DNA of 64,000 nt from a virus. Lineage: Duplodnaviria > Heunggongvirae > Uroviricota > Caudoviricetes. The position numbers and the translations under genes were made by a program. Location: positions 32,001-96,000 of IMG/VR virus record IMGVR_UViG_2576861193_000004. The stretch is one strand, 5' to 3'. The notes below the pieces were generated by a model, which was not told where the DNA came from, searched no databases, and was given only the letters and a program-made list of their open reading frames with translations. Position 1 is the first letter of the stretch; the number at the start of each line of letters is the position of its first letter. This document shows positions 59,300 to 64,000 of this stretch, one piece after another.

Positions 59300-60256
59300 T
59301 CAGGGTGCTTTAGATCGCGCAGAGGAACATTGTTCAATGGAATACTCCGCTATGAATTTTTTGACGATCGGCGACTCTTTATTAAGCGTTAGATTTCCAC
59401 CTTCTCTGGTGGCAATGCCTGTGGCCGGAAACACAGCCATCATCTGGCCAGCCTGAGTCGAAGCCGTGTTAAGTGGATATGGTTTCTCCGGGTAGCTCAT
59501 TAGCGCCAGTTTAATGCTATTGCTGGTCGCCGTGTTCGTATCAAGAATATGGCGCATTGCGATTACCGTGTAGACGCTGATTTCCGGGCCACCACTAAAC
59601 CAGTTCAGGAGGTTTAAGATTTTGTCTTTCGCTTTGACCGGCGCGCCTTCAAATGCGGCAGTAAAGCGCTCACTATCCAGACCGGCTGTCACATAGAACG
59701 ATTCATCCTTACCCTCCAGCGTGAAGCGAGGTTTGGTCGGCGCACGCTTTGATTGTGCCTTCTGGTGTTTTGGCTGCTCTTCTTCAGGTTTAGGCCCAGA
59801 CTCCACTGAAGGTAAAAGCGTTGGAGCTATATCGGTGGTCTCAGCGCTTCGAGCATCAAGTTCAGGTGTTGGCTCGTCCACTATCTCCGCAATAGGGCCA
59901 CGCTCTGGCACCTCGACCTTCACCGATTCGTGTGCAATCTCAAGCTCTTCCAGAACGCCACTCAGATCGCCGGTAGAGCTGACATTCATGACTTCATCTG
60001 CCACCGCCTCGACTGGTTTTGCGATTGCATCATCCAGACCAGAAAGAAGATCGTCGATCTCGTCGACACCGCTCATTTTCGCAGCTTTCTGAACCGGTTC
60101 TTCGAGAGATTGCAGCATTGCAGTCAATTCATCCAGGTCATCGTTTTTAACAATGTTTGAAACTGCGCTCATTTTTAACTCCTTATGTTTTCGTTGGTGC
60201 ATTTCCGCGTTTTGGTTGAGCTTATTCTGGCAAAACCTATCAGGCAGAAAAGTCAT
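59300..60256 (-). CDS. hypothetical protein with acidic N-terminal region (start probably internal, ~60172)
   Basis: ORF. N-terminal half is Asp/Glu-rich low complexity. Confidence 0.45.
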   Translation of the reverse strand: MTFLPDRFCQNKLNQNAEMHQRKHKELKMSAVSNIVKNDDLDELTAMLQSLEEPVQKAAKMSGVDEIDDLLSGLDDAIAKPVEAVADEVMNVSSTGDLSGVLEELEIAHESVKVEVPERGPIAEIVDEPTPELDARSAETTDIAPTLLPSVESGPKPEEEQPKHQKAQSKRAPTKPRFTLEGKDESFYVTAGLDSERFTAAFEGAPVKAKDKILNLLNWFSGGPEISVYTVIAMRHILDTNTATSNSIKLALMSYPEKPYPLNTASTQAGQMMAVFPATGIATREGGNLTLNKESPIVKKFIAEYSIEQCSSARSKAP

Positions 60257-60300
60257 AACTACAGGCAGTTAAAGGAACTGGAGGCAAAGAAAAAGCGCCA

Positions 60301-60855
60301 TCAGGCGCTTTCGAATGGGAGTTTGAAGAAGCCGTATTTCTCTCGGGCTTTGAAGAAACACTGCATCATCAGATCAGTATCGTAGAGAGCACTGTGGGCT
60401 TTCTCACGGTCGTAAGTGAACCCAAGTGAGAATGCCAGCTCTTCCAGGCGTGGGCGCTTCCCATCCTCGGTAGCCCACAGGGAAAATAGAGTGTCAACCA
60501 GAGGGATTTCTGGCAATTTCACTCCATAGCTTCCGAACTCGTGGCGAATGAACGGAAGGTCAAAAGCCTCCCCGTTATGGGCGACTAACGCGCTACATGC
60601 CCCCATATATGCAGCAATCTTACCTGCGTGATCAGCCAACAGCGGTTCAGCAGCCAGTTCTTCCAGAGAGATACCATGTACAGCCTGCGCCTTCGGATCG
60701 ATGCTACGACGCGGGTTGAAGCGCATCTCAAGGCTGTCAATGCGCTTCTGGGTTTCCAGTTCATAACGAGATATCGCGATTTCGATAATTTTGTGGCCGG
60801 ATGTGAAGTCCAGCCCCGTGGACTCAATATCGACGCCACCGACAATCGTGGTCAT
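60301..60855 (-). CDS. DnaQ-like 3'-5' exonuclease (DEDDh)
   Basis: Exo I VDIESTGLD, Exo II HNGEAFDLPF, Exo III HSALYDTD. Confidence 0.75.
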   Translation of the reverse strand: MTTIVGGVDIESTGLDFTSGHKIIEIAISRYELETQKRIDSLEMRFNPRRSIDPKAQAVHGISLEELAAEPLLADHAGKIAAYMGACSALVAHNGEAFDLPFIRHEFGSYGVKLPEIPLVDTLFSLWATEDGKRPRLEELAFSLGFTYDREKAHSALYDTDLMMQCFFKAREKYGFFKLPFESA

Positions 60856-60864
60856 TGGTACTCC

Positions 60865-61299
60865 TTACAGCTTCTTCGCGCCTTTCAGCAGTGCGCCACG
60901 CACAAACTGAGCAGCCTTTTTTAGTGCGTCCTCGCCGCTTTCGCAGACGACCGGCTCACGCCATTCGCCCGTTGACGTGTTGAGGAGCTGGATTTGGTTA
61001 GTCTCCAGGCAAACGGACACATACAAAACCGTACCGCCCGAGAGTTTGAGATGCATAGGAAACAGAGAGCGCTTGGTGCCGCCATTGAATTGCGACATCG
61101 CCGCATTAATGGCTTCACCAACCTCTTCCCCAACAAGACCTTGAACGGACTCAAACACTGCTCGGATAGCCAGACGTGCTTCACGTTCACTCATTAAGGA
61201 ACGGGATTGTTCGTCAGCAATACGGATCAGTGCTTCAATCGCTTTGCGATCTAATTCATCCGACAGGGGAAGTTCATCTATCATTCTGTTTTTCCTCAA
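60865..61299 (-). CDS. hypothetical protein
   Basis: 144-aa ORF in operon context. Confidence 0.45.
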   Translation of the reverse strand: MRKNRMIDELPLSDELDRKAIEALIRIADEQSRSLMSEREARLAIRAVFESVQGLVGEEVGEAINAAMSQFNGGTKRSLFPMHLKLSGGTVLYVSVCLETNQIQLLNTSTGEWREPVVCESGEDALKKAAQFVRGALLKGAKKL

Positions 61300-61347
61300 T
61301 TCATTTCGCGTGTCTTATTGTCACACTGCCCAACAGGGGAACAACAT

Positions 61348-61992
61348 TCAGTGGAAGGTCACTCGTCCTGTTATACGGCTCTCGATGTTTTCAGTGGCTC
61401 TTTCCAGCACACGCAATACCGATCTGGCTCGCGCCTCAACCGTGCGGCACTTTTCAGAGATAATGAAAACCTGCAAATCGCCGGTATGGGGAAGGGCACT
61501 AATTTTCGTCAGCTCGCCACACATAAGTGCATCGATGCGAGCAACATAGAGACGGTCAAGCGATCCTCGCTGGGGACGCGCGAGATCTTTGCCGGAAAGA
61601 TCAACGCCCGGGCGAAGACCCGCTATAGCATTAAAGTTGGAAATGGCCGCTTTGTGGCAAAACTGCTCAATGTCGAGAGCCAGCTCGATGCAGCGGTCTT
61701 CGTTGGTCTGGCCGACCAGGTCAAGCGTATAAGCCATGACATCGGCTGGCGTGCGGTCGATGACAAAACCTTCAACGCCGCGGGTGATCATCTCGATGTG
61801 TCTGGCAATCTCCATCTGAACCTGAAGACGCTCGTAAAGGGGCAAACGCTCGCCAACCTTCACCCCCAGACTGCTCATCAGCTTGCCAACACCGGCATCC
61901 ACATACGGAATGCCATAGTGCGCATCGATGTACCTTGCCAGGGTTGTTTTCCCACTGCCCTGTGCGCCAGTGATTCCAATCCGGTAATCCAT
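61348..61992 (-). CDS. P-loop nucleotide kinase (putative dNMP kinase)
   Basis: Walker A GITGAQGSGKTT at N-terminus. Next to DHFR and ThyA genes. Confidence 0.55.
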   Translation of the reverse strand: MDYRIGITGAQGSGKTTLARYIDAHYGIPYVDAGVGKLMSSLGVKVGERLPLYERLQVQMEIARHIEMITRGVEGFVIDRTPADVMAYTLDLVGQTNEDRCIELALDIEQFCHKAAISNFNAIAGLRPGVDLSGKDLARPQRGSLDRLYVARIDALMCGELTKISALPHTGDLQVFIISEKCRTVEARARSVLRVLERATENIESRITGRVTFH

Positions 61993-62468
61993 TACGACCT
62001 TCTGTATACGATCTGCAAAAAGCCAGGCTCATCCTCATTTGCACGTTGGGTATAAGCCGTTTCGACTGGTACGAACCCTAAAGAACGCATCATTGGCGCC
62101 GGGAAGAACGCATCCGCGCACGGCACATCCACGCCAATATGCGATAGCCAGATCTCTTCTACGTATGGCAGAAATAGCGAATAAATCTGCCCGCCACCAA
62201 TCACCCAGACCGGAGCTGGTAGTTTCAAAACGTCATCGATGCCAGCGGGGTAGAAACCATTGGGGATATAGCCACGAGAGCGCGTCAAAATGAGGTTATG
62301 GCGCTCTGGCAGCGGGCGTTTGAGACTTTCCATCGTCTTACGTCCCATCACGACAGTGGCGTTTTTGGTGAGTTGTTTGAACAGTTTCAGATCGGTCGGG
62401 CAACGCCAGGGAAGTTCGTTGCCAATGCCGATTTCATAGTTGCGGCCGACAGCTGCAATCATCTTCAT
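61992..62468 (-). CDS. dihydrofolate reductase
   Basis: DHFR pattern MIAAVGRNYEIGIGNELPW...LKLFKQLTKNATVVMGRKT, 158 aa. Coupled to kinase gene (ATGA). Confidence 0.85.
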   Translation of the reverse strand: MKMIAAVGRNYEIGIGNELPWRCPTDLKLFKQLTKNATVVMGRKTMESLKRPLPERHNLILTRSRGYIPNGFYPAGIDDVLKLPAPVWVIGGGQIYSLFLPYVEEIWLSHIGVDVPCADAFFPAPMMRSLGFVPVETAYTQRANEDEPGFLQIVYRRS

Positions 62469-62974
62469 TGGCTTACCTCATAGATGGTTGGTCGCTGGTG
62501 AGAATCTGCCAGCGCAGAACGCAGACGCGGATCATGAACCAGTGCGGCGATAAGTAAGTCGCCTTTGTGCTCTGCCAGCGTGCGCTTGATATGGGTTTCA
62601 AAACTGACACCGCGCGGAACCAGGTGGAGCCAGTCATAATCAATGCCGAAGTCCTTCAGCCAGCGCTTGGTTGGGCCTTCGAGCGCTTCCGGACGACTAC
62701 TGATAAGCACCACTTCAGCACCGGAGCGAGCAAAACCACGCAACATGCGGCTGGTGGGAAAGATGAGTTCATCACCGGCAATGAGAGCGCCTGCATCCGC
62801 ATCAGGCACTGCTTTGCGATGGCTGGCTCTCGCCAGCACACCTTCAATTTCACACAACACATACATCCCTCTGGCCATATCACACCGCCACTGGAACCTT
62901 GATCCACGGAAGAGGGCTGTAGCCGCACACCTGCACACCTTCCCATTTGAAGTCGTCCAGTTCGGCCCATTCAT
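62465..62974 (-). CDS. hypothetical protein (start likely internal ATG ~62878)
   Basis: ORF overlapping the ThyA 3' end. Shorter version starting MARGMYV would overlap by only a few nt. Confidence 0.35.
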   Translation of the reverse strand: MNGPNWTTSNGKVCRCAATALFRGSRFQWRCDMARGMYVLCEIEGVLARASHRKAVPDADAGALIAGDELIFPTSRMLRGFARSGAEVVLISSRPEALEGPTKRWLKDFGIDYDWLHLVPRGVSFETHIKRTLAEHKGDLLIAALVHDPRLRSALADSHQRPTIYEVSQ

Positions 62975-63995
62975 GCGGGAAGATGACTACCGGGTCGGAC
63001 TCTTTGGGCGGCTCGCGCTTCATCAGTTCCTCAACGCCTTCCATGTGGTTGTCGTAGAGATGAACGTCAAAGCCAAAATGCACGAATGCGCCAGCCATGT
63101 GGCCGGTGATCTTCGCGAGGAAGTGGGTGAGAATGCCGTAACCGGCGATGTTGAACGGCATACCAACAAAGGTATCGACACTGCGTTGAACCAGGCATGA
63201 GTTCAGAATGCGTTTCGGGATGCCCAGCTCGTCCAGCATGTTCTCAGTAATGCCGCCATCTCTTTCCAGAAGACACAGCATCTGGGTGTAAATGGACTCG
63301 TGGCCGTGGCGGTTGTGCTGTATGCCAATGTCGGTGGCCATAGTCAGTCGGGTCTCAAAGTCCAGCTCGCGACTCCACAGTGAAAACACGAAATGGCATG
63401 GCGGCAGCTTCATATCTTCCAGTTCGCCAACATTCCAGGCATTCAGCAGGATGCGACGATCTGTAGGGTTGGTGCGAAGCGTGTCAACGATACGCTGTAG
63501 CTGGTCAATTTCACGGGACAACACAACGCGATCTTCACTTACGCCCAGATACCCCTCGACCTTGTACCCGCGCTCACGGAACGTGTCGATTTTGCGCAGA
63601 TACTCGCTATGGCTCACGATGCGAGTGTCTTCCCACCGACGCCATTGCTTGCCATAGACCGGGCCTAAATCGCCATTTTCATCGGCCCAGGCATCCCAGA
63701 TTTTGACGCCATTGTCTTTCAGGAACTGGATGTTGCCTGTTCCTTTGAGATACCACTCCAGCTCAACCAGTAACGGCTTCAGATTGACGGCTTTTCCGGA
63801 GATAAGTGGAACAGATCCGCCCGTCAGCATGTAGCAGGAAGGGACATATGAAACACTTTTTGTGCCGGTTCCGGTGCGATCACCCGCGTGAACGCCAGTG
63901 TTGAGCACCGTTTCAACCACTTTGGCATACGAACCACTGGCAAACTGACCGTTCGTAAAGTCTCGATTCAGTAGGATAGACAAAATCAACCTCAC
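62880..63995 (-). CDS. thymidylate synthase with insertions
   Basis: ThyA motifs DRTGTGT, WADENGDLGPVYGKQWR, NAWNVGELEDMKLPPCH, GMPFNIAGY; about 100 aa longer than E. coli ThyA. Confidence 0.8.
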   Translation of the reverse strand: MRLILSILLNRDFTNGQFASGSYAKVVETVLNTGVHAGDRTGTGTKSVSYVPSCYMLTGGSVPLISGKAVNLKPLLVELEWYLKGTGNIQFLKDNGVKIWDAWADENGDLGPVYGKQWRRWEDTRIVSHSEYLRKIDTFRERGYKVEGYLGVSEDRVVLSREIDQLQRIVDTLRTNPTDRRILLNAWNVGELEDMKLPPCHFVFSLWSRELDFETRLTMATDIGIQHNRHGHESIYTQMLCLLERDGGITENMLDELGIPKRILNSCLVQRSVDTFVGMPFNIAGYGILTHFLAKITGHMAGAFVHFGFDVHLYDNHMEGVEELMKREPPKESDPVVIFPHEWAELDDFKWEGVQVCGYSPLPWIKVPVAV

Positions 63996-64000
63996 ACAAG

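Noticed and set aside
61318-62055. 245-aa plus-strand ORF antisense to the kinase and DHFR genes
   Set aside because: Overlaps two confidently assigned minus-strand genes and has no RBS.
1-64000. Search for integrase, tRNA/tmRNA att sites, rRNA and IS elements
   Set aside because: No tyrosine or serine recombinase motifs were seen in any ORF, no tRNA-like T-loop/acceptor patterns in intergenic regions, and no IS-like terminal inverted repeats flanking a transposase.

Overview
Escherichia-type DNA in which the core divergent gene pair metG/apbC (41856-45147) sits between two blocks of phage-derived DNA that share the same regulatory motifs. Left block (1-41.7 kb): a complete lambda-like siphovirus morphogenesis module on the minus strand (terS, terL, portal, scaffold, capsid, Ig-like decoration protein, connectors, major tail protein, G/T chaperones, tape measure, M, L, K, I, J-like, side tail fibre, tfa running off the window start). 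It is followed by a ParB/ParB/ABC-ATPase/GNAT-like cluster, a plus-strand SF2 helicase, an AT-rich block of accessory genes (including a tandem Rof-like protein), two clusters of 22-bp iterons, a 0.9 kb GT-skewed ORF-free segment and small genes each preceded by a conserved promoter-palindrome cassette. Right of apbC: a LexA-box-controlled umuD'-like gene, an EcoR124-like type IC hsdM-hsdS-hsdR system (two TAEL repeats in HsdS), several unknown AT-rich genes, then phage early-type genes (TerB-like, RNase H, Dam-type methylase, DnaQ-like exonuclease, P-loop kinase, DHFR, thymidylate synthase with insertions). No integrase, tRNA, rRNA or CRISPR array was found. The ORF track uses GTG/TTG as well as ATG starts, so several starts were re-set by eye. 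All homology calls are from memory and reading of the sequence, not from searches. Candidates for an undescribed system, in order of interest: the conserved promoter-palindrome cassette regulon together with the iteron clusters, the host metG-apbC segment embedded in phage DNA, the AT-rich accessory operon, and the ParB/ATPase/GNAT cluster.
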